A stretch of DNA of 64,000 nucleotides from a virus. Its lineage: Duplodnaviria > Heunggongvirae > Uroviricota > Caudoviricetes. The translations under genes and the position numbers were made by a program. Shown here in pieces: positions 1-8,927 of the stretch. Location: the IMG/VR virus record IMGVR_UViG_3300011187_000002; one strand, 5' to 3'. The stretch's first letter is position 1. Each line of letters begins with the position of its first letter. The notes beneath the pieces were generated by a model. That model was not told where the DNA came from, searched no databases, and worked only from the letters and a program-made list of their open reading frames with translations.

Positions 1-146
1 ACGGTGGATTTCCGATTCACCTCGCCTTTGTCCTTGTCATAAGGCGTCATGAAACCTAGCAAATATTCGTCTTCGCCTCTACTACGGCGCTGGAACTTGA
101 CGTAGACCTCTTCGGCGAGTTTCAGGTCGTTACTGAGTGCTGCCAT
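1..146 (-). CDS. hypothetical protein (gene continues beyond window edge)
   Basis: minus-frame ORF starting ATG at 144-146 (MAALSNDLKLAEEVYVKFQRRS...) runs off position 1. Confidence 0.4.
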   Translation of the reverse strand, partial: MAALSNDLKLAEEVYVKFQRRSRGEDEYLLGFMTPYDKDKGEVNRKST

Positions 147-211
147 CGTATTTCTCTTCGTATTAGTTGGGGTCAAACACTAGCAATACGTACCACAGCG
201 GTGTGGTAACG

Positions 212-1102
212 TCAAGCCTTCAGGATTTGGTTGCCTTGGCGTTTCTTGTTAGCTTCCACGATTTTGGCAAAAGCGATTGCTTCCCTTTCGTAAGGGGTCA
301 CTTGGTTATGCAGCAAAGGGTCGGGATTTCGCATGTCTCGGAGCCAGCCCACGTGCATTTCCAGAGCGGCAGCCCGGTCCTCTTCGGCTAACTTGAGGTA
401 CGACGCCATGTGCTCTTCGACTTCCCGGAAATGGTCTTTCCAGATATTCGACCACTGCACATTTTGCATGGCGTAGTAGTGGAGCTGCATCTCCAAAAAG
501 TCAAAGGGATCCGGCGTCGTCATCGACTCTTTGCGGGCCTTGAGGAGGGCCTCTTTGGTGTTGTGGTGCGTGAAACCATGTACGGAAATATTACCGTCTA
601 CACGACGCCACGAAGTCATGGTGGCCCCATAAGGATGCAGTTTACCTCGGTCTTTCAGATACCGGTCAACCCAAATATCAAAATCGAAACTGAGATCCCG
701 CAAGCCTTTCAGTTCGAAATACACGAGGGCTTCCGAATGGACCGAAGCCAACATTTCATTCTCGCACATCTTGCGATGCCAATCGACGAACGATAGACCC
801 GTGTCGTACTCCATCGTCGCCCCGTGGACGAACTCGTGGAGGTAGTACAGGTCGTGAATCGCATCGCTATCGTAATCCGGGCGTAGTGCGTAAGCGCCCA
901 TCCATGTCGTGAATTGCGACCATTCAATGCTGGGGTCATCCATCTCGAAAAACACAACGGGCCGCTGTGCTAGATCATCAACGATACCCCGGATATACCC
1001 GTTTTCGTCGTCTTGCGAATCCCGGAAAAGATCGGTGCGCCAGAGATCTCTGACGTAAGTATGAATCTCTTCGGGGTCATGTATGGCTATGATATTTTTC
1101 AT
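212..1102 (-). CDS. hypothetical protein with HExxH motif (possible zinc metallopeptidase)
   Basis: 296-aa ORF; LHEFVHGAT motif; stop/start ATGA overlap with upstream gene. Confidence 0.5.
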   Translation of the reverse strand: MKNIIAIHDPEEIHTYVRDLWRTDLFRDSQDDENGYIRGIVDDLAQRPVVFFEMDDPSIEWSQFTTWMGAYALRPDYDSDAIHDLYYLHEFVHGATMEYDTGLSFVDWHRKMCENEMLASVHSEALVYFELKGLRDLSFDFDIWVDRYLKDRGKLHPYGATMTSWRRVDGNISVHGFTHHNTKEALLKARKESMTTPDPFDFLEMQLHYYAMQNVQWSNIWKDHFREVEEHMASYLKLAEEDRAAALEMHVGWLRDMRNPDPLLHNQVTPYEREAIAFAKIVEANKKRQGNQILKA

Positions 1103-1584
1103 ACGTCCTCTGCTTCCTCTGGGGTAGCGTATATGTCGTCAGGATTAACAGTCGTCGAATTTCGGTACCCGGATTTCTTTTTCCACTGCTTATAACGACT
1201 TCCCGACTTGCGGAAATGGTGGGTAATTGAGATAGGCTTTGCTACCGCTACATCCATCTCCCCGGTATTCTTGCACTTCTTACACTCGAAACCGTTCGGG
1301 GGCTTGCCGTTGCAGTTCGTGCAAGGTCGCTTTTCAAAGGTGCGCACATACGCAGTGTCACCGGGCGGAATTTCGTAAGCGTCGTCCAACGGGCGCTCGA
1401 CATCTACCGTCGTTTCGATTCGGTATTCCCGGATGATACAATCGGCCAGATACTCCGGGGTCCAGTCCCGACGCCTGTTACTTTCGATACGGTTCAGGGC
1501 GTTTCCAAGGTTCACGTAACGCTTGGTTAATGCCGTACCCGAAGGCTCGTGAACAATCTGATATTCGTACTCTACTTCAGCCAT
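1099..1584 (-). CDS. hypothetical zinc-ribbon protein
   Basis: 161 aa; C-terminal CTNCNGK...CKKCKNTG (CxxC-x9-CxxC). Confidence 0.5.
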   Translation of the reverse strand: MAEVEYEYQIVHEPSGTALTKRYVNLGNALNRIESNRRRDWTPEYLADCIIREYRIETTVDVERPLDDAYEIPPGDTAYVRTFEKRPCTNCNGKPPNGFECKKCKNTGEMDVAVAKPISITHHFRKSGSRYKQWKKKSGYRNSTTVNPDDIYATPEEAEDV

Positions 1585-1587
1585 GTC

Positions 1588-2697
1588 TTACTCCGTATCG
1601 TACAAACCTTGCTCCATGCACCTATCGTACATGCGCTGGGTCAAGCAATAACGATTCTTGCCGGATGCGCGCTCGTAACGGCGGGGGAGATCCCCAACAG
1701 CCGTACTCTGATACGCCAAAAGGAACACGTCGGAGGGCTTAACATCGGACCCCATCGACGGGCTCAATCTTTTGCCACCATCATCGGCCCTGAGATCTTC
1801 GACGACGGCCTCTTGTAACGACCGGTATTTGTTTGGCAACTCGAACGGCGAATACCGGTTCATGAATTGCGTGCCCAGATAAAGGGACGACAGGTTTTTG
1901 AACCATTTGTTGCCCCACAATCCGGGATGTTCCGTGTGCGTAATCATACCGCCGATGCGGTGGTAATACAACCCGAACACTTTGGACAGCGAAAAGAACA
2001 CGGTATCAACTGCATCGTGGTTTGCGGGGATACGTTCGCCCACGTACTTGTGGACTTGTGGCGTGCAGGGATACTGGCCTTTGGGGACGCACCCGATATA
2101 GCACAGATCCAACATCACCTTGAGTTCAGTCGCATCCCCAATCGTATTGAGAAACGAACTGAACTCACGCCACAGGTTGCCGTCGATCGAAGATGGATGC
2201 GAAATGTAAAACCGCTGGCCTCTACCCTTACGCGGCTCTTTACCGATAGCGTGGATCGCTTCCCGCCAGTTGTTGCGGCTATGTTCCACTACCGTGATGC
2301 CATAAGGCTCCGCAAGCGCCCTGTAACCCTCGTATTCGCCTTTGAACACGTGAATGGTAGGGACGCCAAGATGGGGGCTATACTTAGCCAGAGAAGCCAT
2401 CTGAGCGAGGCTTTCGCGAATGGCTTCCGACGACCCTGCCGTGGGATACATGAAACCGCCCGTGGGCTTGTAAATATCTCCCGACGCCCAATTCCCCCAC
2501 GCCTCGAAAAACTCCTCGTGGTAAACGTCCTGTTTACCCGTCCATGCTTCCCGGTGGCGGCTCTGCAGTATATTTTGATGATAAGGATCCGATTGGACTT
2601 CCCGGATCAAGGCTTCCGTCTCGGGCATCACCCAAGAGTAAACCGTCTTCGAAATTCGAAGCTGCTCATCCAGATTCTTAGGCAGTGTTTCCGTCAT
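1588..2697 (-). CDS. PLP-dependent aminotransferase-like protein (fold type I)
   Basis: 369 aa; SLSK lysine motif (FFSLSKVFGLYYHRIGGM) and HPSSIDGNL resembling NPxNPTG of class I/II aminotransferases. Confidence 0.5.
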   Translation of the reverse strand: MTETLPKNLDEQLRISKTVYSWVMPETEALIREVQSDPYHQNILQSRHREAWTGKQDVYHEEFFEAWGNWASGDIYKPTGGFMYPTAGSSEAIRESLAQMASLAKYSPHLGVPTIHVFKGEYEGYRALAEPYGITVVEHSRNNWREAIHAIGKEPRKGRGQRFYISHPSSIDGNLWREFSSFLNTIGDATELKVMLDLCYIGCVPKGQYPCTPQVHKYVGERIPANHDAVDTVFFSLSKVFGLYYHRIGGMITHTEHPGLWGNKWFKNLSSLYLGTQFMNRYSPFELPNKYRSLQEAVVEDLRADDGGKRLSPSMGSDVKPSDVFLLAYQSTAVGDLPRRYERASGKNRYCLTQRMYDRCMEQGLYDTE

Positions 2698-3025
2698 GGG
2701 CTATCTCTTTATGGTCGTCGTCGTGGTGGGGAATCCGTACCCGGTCTTCCCACTGCGAATAGTGTAATAGATCGTCTTCGGCAAAAATATGGAACCCGTG
2801 GTGCTCAGTAAAGACCACCACAAAATCATCGTCCCAACCTCGGGGACAGTGCTTGACCGCGAAAGCGTCGAAATACGTGAACGTAGATCCTGATTCGTCT
2901 ACGACCGTAACCAACCCGTTAAAGCCGGGGTGTCCTGCTTTGCCCGTTCGGTGGTAATGGTCTGCCCATTTGTCCTCCCAACTGATAGCCCAAGCCCGCA
3001 CCTTTTGCATAGGAACACTCATCAT
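2678..3025 (-). CDS. hypothetical protein
   Basis: 115-aa ORF in operon context, overlaps neighbours by a few nt. Confidence 0.45.
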   Translation of the reverse strand: MMSVPMQKVRAWAISWEDKWADHYHRTGKAGHPGFNGLVTVVDESGSTFTYFDAFAVKHCPRGWDDDFVVVFTEHHGFHIFAEDDLLHYSQWEDRVRIPHHDDDHKEIAHDGNTA

Positions 3026-3034
3026 TTAGGGACC

Positions 3035-3448
3035 TCAGAGAAAAGAGAAATCAGCTAACATAAGATACGTATCCCGTACCTCGGCGAGCAGGCGCATTCG
3101 GTTTTGCTTCACGGCCTCATCGTCAGCCATGACCATCACACTTTCGAAAAAAACCGCAAGGGGTTCGGTAAGGTCTTTGAGAGCTAGGAACGCTTTTTTA
3201 TGTTCACGTGCAGCTTCAAGCCGCCGAATATCCTCGGCCACCTGTTTCACCACCTCATAAAGATGAACCTCTGACTCGTCCTCGAACAGCGTTTGGTCGA
3301 TTTGTCCTAGCGTTGCTTCGTCGATCTTGCGAAGGTAATAAACAGCTAGCTGCTGGCAAACCTTACGGACCATGTTTTCACCCATGTCCGCAACTTCGGT
3401 CCGCAACTCGTCGTCGCTCATGTTTTCGATGTCTAAATCGTCGCTCAT
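3035..3448 (-). CDS. hypothetical acidic protein
   Basis: 137-aa ORF; ATGA overlap with def. Confidence 0.5.
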   Translation of the reverse strand: MSDDLDIENMSDDELRTEVADMGENMVRKVCQQLAVYYLRKIDEATLGQIDQTLFEDESEVHLYEVVKQVAEDIRRLEAAREHKKAFLALKDLTEPLAVFFESVMVMADDEAVKQNRMRLLAEVRDTYLMLADFSFL

Positions 3449-3945
3449 TTGTTCCTCCGGTTCAGGAACTTGCGATACTTTTTCAGCGCCATCCGCTTGC
3501 GCAGAGCACTCATTCGGTCGATGAACAGAACGCCGTTGAGGTGGTCGATTTCGTGCTGAAAGGCTCGGGCTAAGAACCCTTCAACTTCCCGGTCGATATC
3601 ATCACCCTCGGGGGTCTGATACTTAACCCGGATCTTCGGCGACCTTTCGACAGGGGTATACACACCGGGGAAACTAAGGCACCCTTCTTCGTCGGCTTCG
3701 GGGGTGCCTTCCCACTCTAGAATGCGGGGATTAACCAGCACGTGTAGTTCATCCTCGAACTCTACGATACATACCCGCTTAGACTCACCCACTTGCGGGG
3801 CAGCCAAGCCGACACCTTTCGCATTGTGCATGGTATCGACGAGATCCTGCACCAAGGCATGGGTATCTTCCGACGTTGCTTCAACCTCGATAGTCGGCTG
3901 AATCAAAACGTCATTCGGATATAGCACTAGGTCACGAATCGTCAT
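3445..3945 (-). CDS. def: peptide deformylase
   Basis: 166 aa with all three PDF motifs: GVGLAAPQVG, EGCLSFPG, HEIDHLNG. Confidence 0.85.
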   Translation of the reverse strand: MTIRDLVLYPNDVLIQPTIEVEATSEDTHALVQDLVDTMHNAKGVGLAAPQVGESKRVCIVEFEDELHVLVNPRILEWEGTPEADEEGCLSFPGVYTPVERSPKIRVKYQTPEGDDIDREVEGFLARAFQHEIDHLNGVLFIDRMSALRKRMALKKYRKFLNRRNK

Positions 3946-4525
3946 TGTTTTCCTTGTTTTCGAGCGCCCATTTCAAGCGCCCTTCCTTGTCGTAAGGAAC
4001 TCCGTGTTCCCGAAATACCTCTGCCACCTTGGCGATAGGCCATGCAGTCCAAATACCGAACCCTCTAGGGGGCGCACCGAACGTCTCTTCGAAATCGTGT
4101 ACGATGCTTGGCACGGCCACCCACCAATCGCCTTTACCACCCGTCTCGAAATCGGGATGGAAAATGTTGGTATTGCCTTCGCCGAAAATGAACCGGTCTG
4201 ACGCCAGAGGTGAATCCTCATATTCCGACAGGGAATTTACGGGGCCACCACGAAGATGGTCGAGGGCGTTTTCGTCCTCGTCTTCGGCAGTCCACTCTTC
4301 CATATCGAAAAGGTCGTCCGTAAGCACCATGTCTGGGTCGTTTATCCTGCCCACAAACACGTCGCCGGGGACGAAATCGTAAGCCGCCTTGGTAGCGACA
4401 GCTACGTACCAGCCCGTAGTAACACGACCTAAATCAAGGTCTTGCTGTGTAGCCTCGGGTGTCGGTGGGCCTTCGATAATGGCCACCGTTACCGTCTCGG
4501 CTAGGCATTGTTCACACATAAGCAC
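3932..4525 (-). CDS. hypothetical protein
   Basis: 197-aa ORF preceded by consensus promoter. Confidence 0.5.
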   Translation of the reverse strand: MLMCEQCLAETVTVAIIEGPPTPEATQQDLDLGRVTTGWYVAVATKAAYDFVPGDVFVGRINDPDMVLTDDLFDMEEWTAEDEDENALDHLRGGPVNSLSEYEDSPLASDRFIFGEGNTNIFHPDFETGGKGDWWVAVPSIVHDFEETFGAPPRGFGIWTAWPIAKVAEVFREHGVPYDKEGRLKWALENKENNDDS

Positions 4526-4548
4526 CTCTGGGGTTTTAATGCCTGTTA

Positions 4549-4577
4549 CTTATACCCCAGCAAATGCTACGTGTCAA
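4549..4577 (-). promoter_or_regulatory. sigma70-like promoter (TTGACA-17-TATAAG)
   Basis: minus strand reads TTGACAcgtagcatttgctggggTATAAG about 25 nt upstream of ORF start at 4525. Confidence 0.5.
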
Positions 4578-4586
4578 AACGAATTG

Positions 4587-5147
4587 TTACAGGCTCATGT
4601 CGCCGGTAATGGCGGAAGGTAGGGAGGCGGTTCCAGCGGCCACACGGTGGATGATGCGGTATTTCACGTTCTGGTCCACATAGGATTTCCACGAATCGGC
4701 TGCAGGGTCATGGATGTTCCCTAGACGGACCGCACGCTCCGAATATTCGTCTTTGCCGATCCACCCGATCACAGTCTGGAGAGTATGCCCCACCTCGGGA
4801 AAACCCTCGACGTCCTTAGCGCCTGCGGTACGAAGAACCTCGTAACGCCCGGCCTCTAAGGGAAAGCCAATGTAGACAAGACGGGTGTGATCTTCTCCGG
4901 TCGCCGTGCGCAACCGAAGCTCTAGTGCGACGGAAGGTACGTCGACGTGGTTATCTATGGCAGGATCATACTCATCTTGCCATGCCCCAACGCCCGGCCA
5001 ATCCCTCAGCCACACCTCCGACACGACCGTGCAGGGCTTAGGTAGCACCTGTGCCGGTGCGTAATCATCGTCGGATGCGGTCTTACTTCGGGAAACAGAC
5101 CGGTGCATGTAGCGGTGTGCTACGATCTTGGCGAGTTTTAGGGACAT
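4587..5147 (-). CDS. hypothetical protein
   Basis: 186-aa ORF. Confidence 0.5.
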   Translation of the reverse strand: MSLKLAKIVAHRYMHRSVSRSKTASDDDYAPAQVLPKPCTVVSEVWLRDWPGVGAWQDEYDPAIDNHVDVPSVALELRLRTATGEDHTRLVYIGFPLEAGRYEVLRTAGAKDVEGFPEVGHTLQTVIGWIGKDEYSERAVRLGNIHDPAADSWKSYVDQNVKYRIIHRVAAGTASLPSAITGDMSL

Positions 5148-5180
5148 AGTAACCTCCTAAACCCGTTTAATACAAAGGGA

Positions 5181-5636
5181 TTATCCAAGAAGCCCCACGA
5201 CATGCATTGCTTTGGTGAACTTACGAACAGCGTCACGGTATTTTTCTGGCTGCTCGTACTTCAAAGAGCTAAAGAATCGGGTGCCGTCACGGCAATACAG
5301 AAACTGGTCTTCTTGTTCCCCATTAAGCTCATGGTAATCCGGGTAAAGCTGCGCCCCACGTTCCAACTGCCCCGTTGACAACTTAACAGCCCGAAGCATT
5401 ATATCAGGGTCTTCGATACCCTTCATCGTGTGGTAAAACATCTGGATTTCATCGTCCAGACGGGGGAAATACTCGACGTCCCTCAAAGCATGAAACTGTT
5501 GGAAACGGCGGCTACCTTTCCATTTATACCCGCTGTAACAAAACTCATAGTCCCGAATGTGGCGGGAAGGTAAGCCCGCAGTGAACCCACCGACCATTGT
5601 GCCATACCCTAAGAGGTTCTGGGCGAAGTGGGCCAA
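5181..5636 (-). CDS. hypothetical protein
   Basis: 151-aa ORF. Confidence 0.5.
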   Translation of the reverse strand: MAHFAQNLLGYGTMVGGFTAGLPSRHIRDYEFCYSGYKWKGSRRFQQFHALRDVEYFPRLDDEIQMFYHTMKGIEDPDIMLRAVKLSTGQLERGAQLYPDYHELNGEQEDQFLYCRDGTRFFSSLKYEQPEKYRDAVRKFTKAMHVVGLLG

Positions 5637-6133
5637 TCGTGCCTAACCGTCCTATTCAAACGCAACAGGCGCGACCTCAGACGTTCAGCATTAATAGGGT
5701 CATAGCGCGGAACGTCCACCTGCAACCACCGGTCAACCTCTTTCCAACAACCCGTGCGCTTCTTGTGGGTGTTGAAATGGAGGGACACCTTGATGCCTCC
5801 GTCGTACAGCCAGCCCTCGATCTTTTCTTCGAACACTTGGTCACGGTATTCCCACCCGTCAAGGTTCAGGGCAATCTGTGTGCGGCTCTTGGTCTTGTAA
5901 ACCTTCGCCTTGTCTGTGTACTTGAGGCACTCTTCACGAATCCCTTCGAGGGTTTCGACCTTGTTTTTGCGGTATTCGTTTGTGGCCCAATCATAGGTCT
6001 TGATTTCCGCAATTTCCGCCTCTGCCTGCCCGAGAATGTGACCGCAATACTTGCGGTATACGAAATCCCGGACCTCCCGGTACATAACCGGTGGAACTTT
6101 CAGGAACATGTAAGGGGAATCGAAAGTTTGCAT
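5609..6133 (-). CDS. hypothetical protein
   Basis: 174-aa ORF preceded by consensus promoter. Confidence 0.5.
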   Translation of the reverse strand: MQTFDSPYMFLKVPPVMYREVRDFVYRKYCGHILGQAEAEIAEIKTYDWATNEYRKNKVETLEGIREECLKYTDKAKVYKTKSRTQIALNLDGWEYRDQVFEEKIEGWLYDGGIKVSLHFNTHKKRTGCWKEVDRWLQVDVPRYDPINAERLRSRLLRLNRTVRHDWPTSPRTS

Positions 6134-6178
6134 CGCGGCCTCCGTCGTGGTTATAAGCAGTTTCCCTGCAACTACTTA

Positions 6179-6207
6179 TATATACCCTAGCATCCCGGCC
6201 ACGTCAA
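6179..6207 (-). promoter_or_regulatory. sigma70-like promoter (TTGACG-17-TATATA)
   Basis: minus strand TTGACGtggccgggatgctagggTATATA upstream of ORF start 6133. Confidence 0.5.
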
Positions 6208-6235
6208 AACTATTCTTTGAATCCGTGGTGCGCTT

Positions 6236-6658
6236 TCATGAGTGGTAAAAGCGTGTGGTTGAGTTCTTGGGGTAAGAAGTGACGACCTTATTGACGCCCC
6301 CCTCTTCGACCAGCACGAACAACCACCCGGACGAAAACCTCCCCTCGCCCTGTCTTTTGACGTTTTTATAAGTCCCGAAAGCCCCTTGTCTGAACAAGAG
6401 AATCATCGCGAAAAGCGCGTGGTCCGAATAGTCCAGATCGAGGTGAGGGAACAAGTCACGGGTCACTTGGTCAGCCCGCGCCATGAACCGCACAATCGAA
6501 TGGAAAGTGAAGAAGTATCTATCACCTTCCAATTCGATTTCGGCCATCGTCAAGTCTTCACCTTGAACGAGTTGAACCTTATCATCCCGCCTCAATGCTT
6601 TTTGGACTGGATCTTCGAATGAATCTTCGAATGTTGCTGAAACCGGTGCCGCTGACAT
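6236..6658 (-). CDS. hypothetical protein
   Basis: 140-aa ORF. Confidence 0.5.
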   Translation of the reverse strand: MSAAPVSATFEDSFEDPVQKALRRDDKVQLVQGEDLTMAEIELEGDRYFFTFHSIVRFMARADQVTRDLFPHLDLDYSDHALFAMILLFRQGAFGTYKNVKRQGEGRFSSGWLFVLVEEGGVNKVVTSYPKNSTTRFYHS

Positions 6659-6726
6659 AATGGACTCCTAAAAGTAAAGGTACGTTGTAAGAGCCTTCTA
6701 GGGCCACCCCAGAAGATCTCTAGTAT

Positions 6727-6755
6727 CACATACCCTTACTTTTAGGTTCCGTCAA
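6727..6755 (-). promoter_or_regulatory. sigma70-like promoter (TTGACG-17-TATGTG)
   Basis: minus strand TTGACGgaacctaaaagtaagggTATGTG upstream of ORF start 6658. Confidence 0.4.
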
Positions 6756-6757
6756 AA

Positions 6758-7225
6758 CTATTCCTCTAGGAGGGTGCTCTCGAACTCGTCCAGCAAGCCC
6801 TCATAGAGGACGTCATCTGTCCCGTATGTCGTCTTGACCGTAAGGTGAATGGCACGGTCTCGTTCGCTTCCAACTTGAGGAGCACACCTAATCTCGTAGA
6901 TATACTCTTCGCCGCAATCACGGGTACCTGCGGGGTACAGATAGCTTCCACCGGCTATGCCCTTGCTGAACAAATCGGAAGGGTCCCCGCCACACTTAAA
7001 ATGCGACACAACCTGCGCCGCCAAGCAAGGCATACCGTTGGCGATATTAGATACATCTCCGCCGATACCATTGACGATACGCACACCGCGAAGCAAATCG
7101 ACAAGATCGTCACCTAACCCGGAAGGGTATCCGTCGTACTGCTTGTACATAACGGCAACTTCGGTTTCGTCTTGTTGGGGCCAATAGTTGTTATAAAATA
7201 CGGTTAATGATCGTGTGCCCATCAT
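6758..7225 (-). CDS. hypothetical protein
   Basis: ORF-track start is TTG; in-frame ATG (MMGTRS...) with GAGGAG Shine-Dalgarno 6 nt upstream chosen. Confidence 0.5.
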   Translation of the reverse strand: MMGTRSLTVFYNNYWPQQDETEVAVMYKQYDGYPSGLGDDLVDLLRGVRIVNGIGGDVSNIANGMPCLAAQVVSHFKCGGDPSDLFSKGIAGGSYLYPAGTRDCGEEYIYEIRCAPQVGSERDRAIHLTVKTTYGTDDVLYEGLLDEFESTLLEE

Positions 7226-7279
7226 GAAACTCCTCAAAGCTAAACGGGGACCCGAAGGCCCCCGTCCAGTTACGTCAAA

Positions 7280-8263
7280 TTACTTACCAACTGACACACT
7301 AGCGGCGCTACCGGGCGGAATAAGGAAATCCTTATCGATGTACCACTTGGTACCCGACTTCAGCGACTTGGCGAACTCATGCTGCACCTCAGCGCCTTTC
7401 AAAAGGCTAAGGTACTCTAGGTAATTGCCAGTCAGTTGCTGGCGGATTTCTTTGATACCCTCCGCCTCACGTTTTTTGATTTCGAGATCAGCTTCGGCCT
7501 TGATGGTCGCCACCTCTTTCTCTTTCTCAGCCATCTCACGTGATACTTCGCGCTGTTGCTGGGCTTCAAACAGTTCACGTTCTAGGCGTACTTTGGACGC
7601 ACGCTGCTTTTCGGTTTCTTTGTTGGCTTCCATGCGGGCAACTTCGATTTCCTTAATCTTGGCTGTAATAGCCTTGGGCAATGAAATCTTGGACACCGTT
7701 AGCACGTCCACTTGCACCGGAAAACCTTTCTCTTCTAGCGTCTTTTCCAGATCACTTTTCACAGCTAGAGCCAACTCACCTCGAACGTTTTTGACCTCTT
7801 CGAGGGTAGATGCCGCTAGGTGATTGCGCAGTGATTCTCGGATCGTAGGCATGACGTACTTTTCGAACACCTGCGGGGGTTGGACGAAACGTGAATCAAC
7901 GGCGGGACCCACCTTGTTGACCAACTTCAGCATACTCTTGTTGGACGAACAGTCGGCGCTGTAGGTCACGCGAAGGTCAACCGTCACTTCCATGTCGCTT
8001 TGCGTCAGAACCTTCATAGGCTCTTTGACATGGGCGTCACGACAGTTGACCCCTTGAATATGGTCGTAGATCCCCGTGAAATGGGTACCCTCGTCCAGCA
8101 CTTCTTCCTCTTGGAGGCCGTCACCGCCCGAATACAGAGCAAGGAAACCGGTCCTATCAAACATGAAACCTTTGTGTCCTGCCGGTACGTCTTGGGTGCT
8201 ACACCCCGTATTGAATGTGGCGAAAAAAATCAAAAACAGTAGTGCTAGTGCTCGTTTCATCAT
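7280..8263 (-). CDS. SPFH/band-7 (prohibitin/stomatin-like) lipoprotein
   Basis: 327 aa; lipoprotein signal MMKRALALLFLIFFATFNTGC; C-terminal Glu/Lys-rich coiled coil typical of SPFH proteins. Confidence 0.6.
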   Translation of the reverse strand: MMKRALALLFLIFFATFNTGCSTQDVPAGHKGFMFDRTGFLALYSGGDGLQEEEVLDEGTHFTGIYDHIQGVNCRDAHVKEPMKVLTQSDMEVTVDLRVTYSADCSSNKSMLKLVNKVGPAVDSRFVQPPQVFEKYVMPTIRESLRNHLAASTLEEVKNVRGELALAVKSDLEKTLEEKGFPVQVDVLTVSKISLPKAITAKIKEIEVARMEANKETEKQRASKVRLERELFEAQQQREVSREMAEKEKEVATIKAEADLEIKKREAEGIKEIRQQLTGNYLEYLSLLKGAEVQHEFAKSLKSGTKWYIDKDFLIPPGSAASVSVGK

Positions 8264-8285
8264 TACTCCTAGTAATGGGTGTTGA

Positions 8286-8807
8286 TTAAACGCGGATTTC
8301 TTGCTCCTCGGGGATTTCGAAATTCTCTAACGCCACGTCACCGCTGTTGAGATCGAGGAAAACTTTGCGCTGGTCTTCGAGTTCTTCGGTGAACTCTTCC
8401 AGTTGGTCCAAAGATCGTTGCCAATCAAATGTCGCTTCGGAAGAAATCAGATACAACCGGCTCAAGAACTCTTCCATCGAATGGCGGATTTTCCTTTCCA
8501 ATCGTTGGTGGTGCTCGGCATGGTCTGCCACCCCCACAAGCTCGGAGGCTTCCGCCTGCATCTCCCTAAGCTCTTGGAGCCGTTCGTAGGCCACAAGGGT
8601 CATGTCGAGGAAAGTCTCACAGTTCGCCAAAAGGCGTTTCGCCCGGTCTTTTTGGCTACTGTCTATGCCCTTGAGAATGAGCTTACGCATCTTGCGAAAG
8701 CGCCTCTTGAGACTCCGGTCCAACCGGTTACGCCACCTGCGGATAAGCGTAAAGGTGCCGTAGATAATCAGTCCTACGAACAATAAGAACAGGATGGGTC
8801 GTATCAT
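8286..8807 (-). CDS. membrane-anchored coiled-coil protein
   Basis: 173 aa; N-terminal TM helix ILFLLFVGLIIYGTFTLI then basic and coiled-coil region. Confidence 0.5.
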   Translation of the reverse strand: MIRPILFLLFVGLIIYGTFTLIRRWRNRLDRSLKRRFRKMRKLILKGIDSSQKDRAKRLLANCETFLDMTLVAYERLQELREMQAEASELVGVADHAEHHQRLERKIRHSMEEFLSRLYLISSEATFDWQRSLDQLEEFTEELEDQRKVFLDLNSGDVALENFEIPEEQEIRV

Positions 8808-8845
8808 CAGCCTTCCATCTCGGAAAAGTTACCGCCAGCATCTAA

Positions 8846-8874
8846 GCTATACTACATAAAAAGCAAGGCGTCAA
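8846..8874 (-). promoter_or_regulatory. sigma70-like promoter (TTGACG-17-TATAGC)
   Basis: minus strand TTGACGccttgctttttatgtagTATAGC immediately after terminator, upstream of ORF start 8807. Confidence 0.45.
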
Positions 8875-8875
8875 A

Positions 8876-8902
8876 AGAAAAACCCCTCCGATAAGGGAGG
8901 GG
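8876..8902 (-). terminator. rho-independent terminator
   Basis: CCCCTCC-gataag-GGAGGGG hairpin followed on minus strand by TTTTTCTTTT; lies just after stop of 509-aa gene. Confidence 0.6.
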
Positions 8903-8927
8903 TTCGTACTGCTAACGTATCAAGTCA

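Noticed and set aside
1867-2811. 314-aa plus-strand ORF antisense to the aminotransferase-like gene
   Set aside because: Shadow ORF inside a well-supported minus-strand gene; no motif, no ribosome-binding site, breaks operon pattern.
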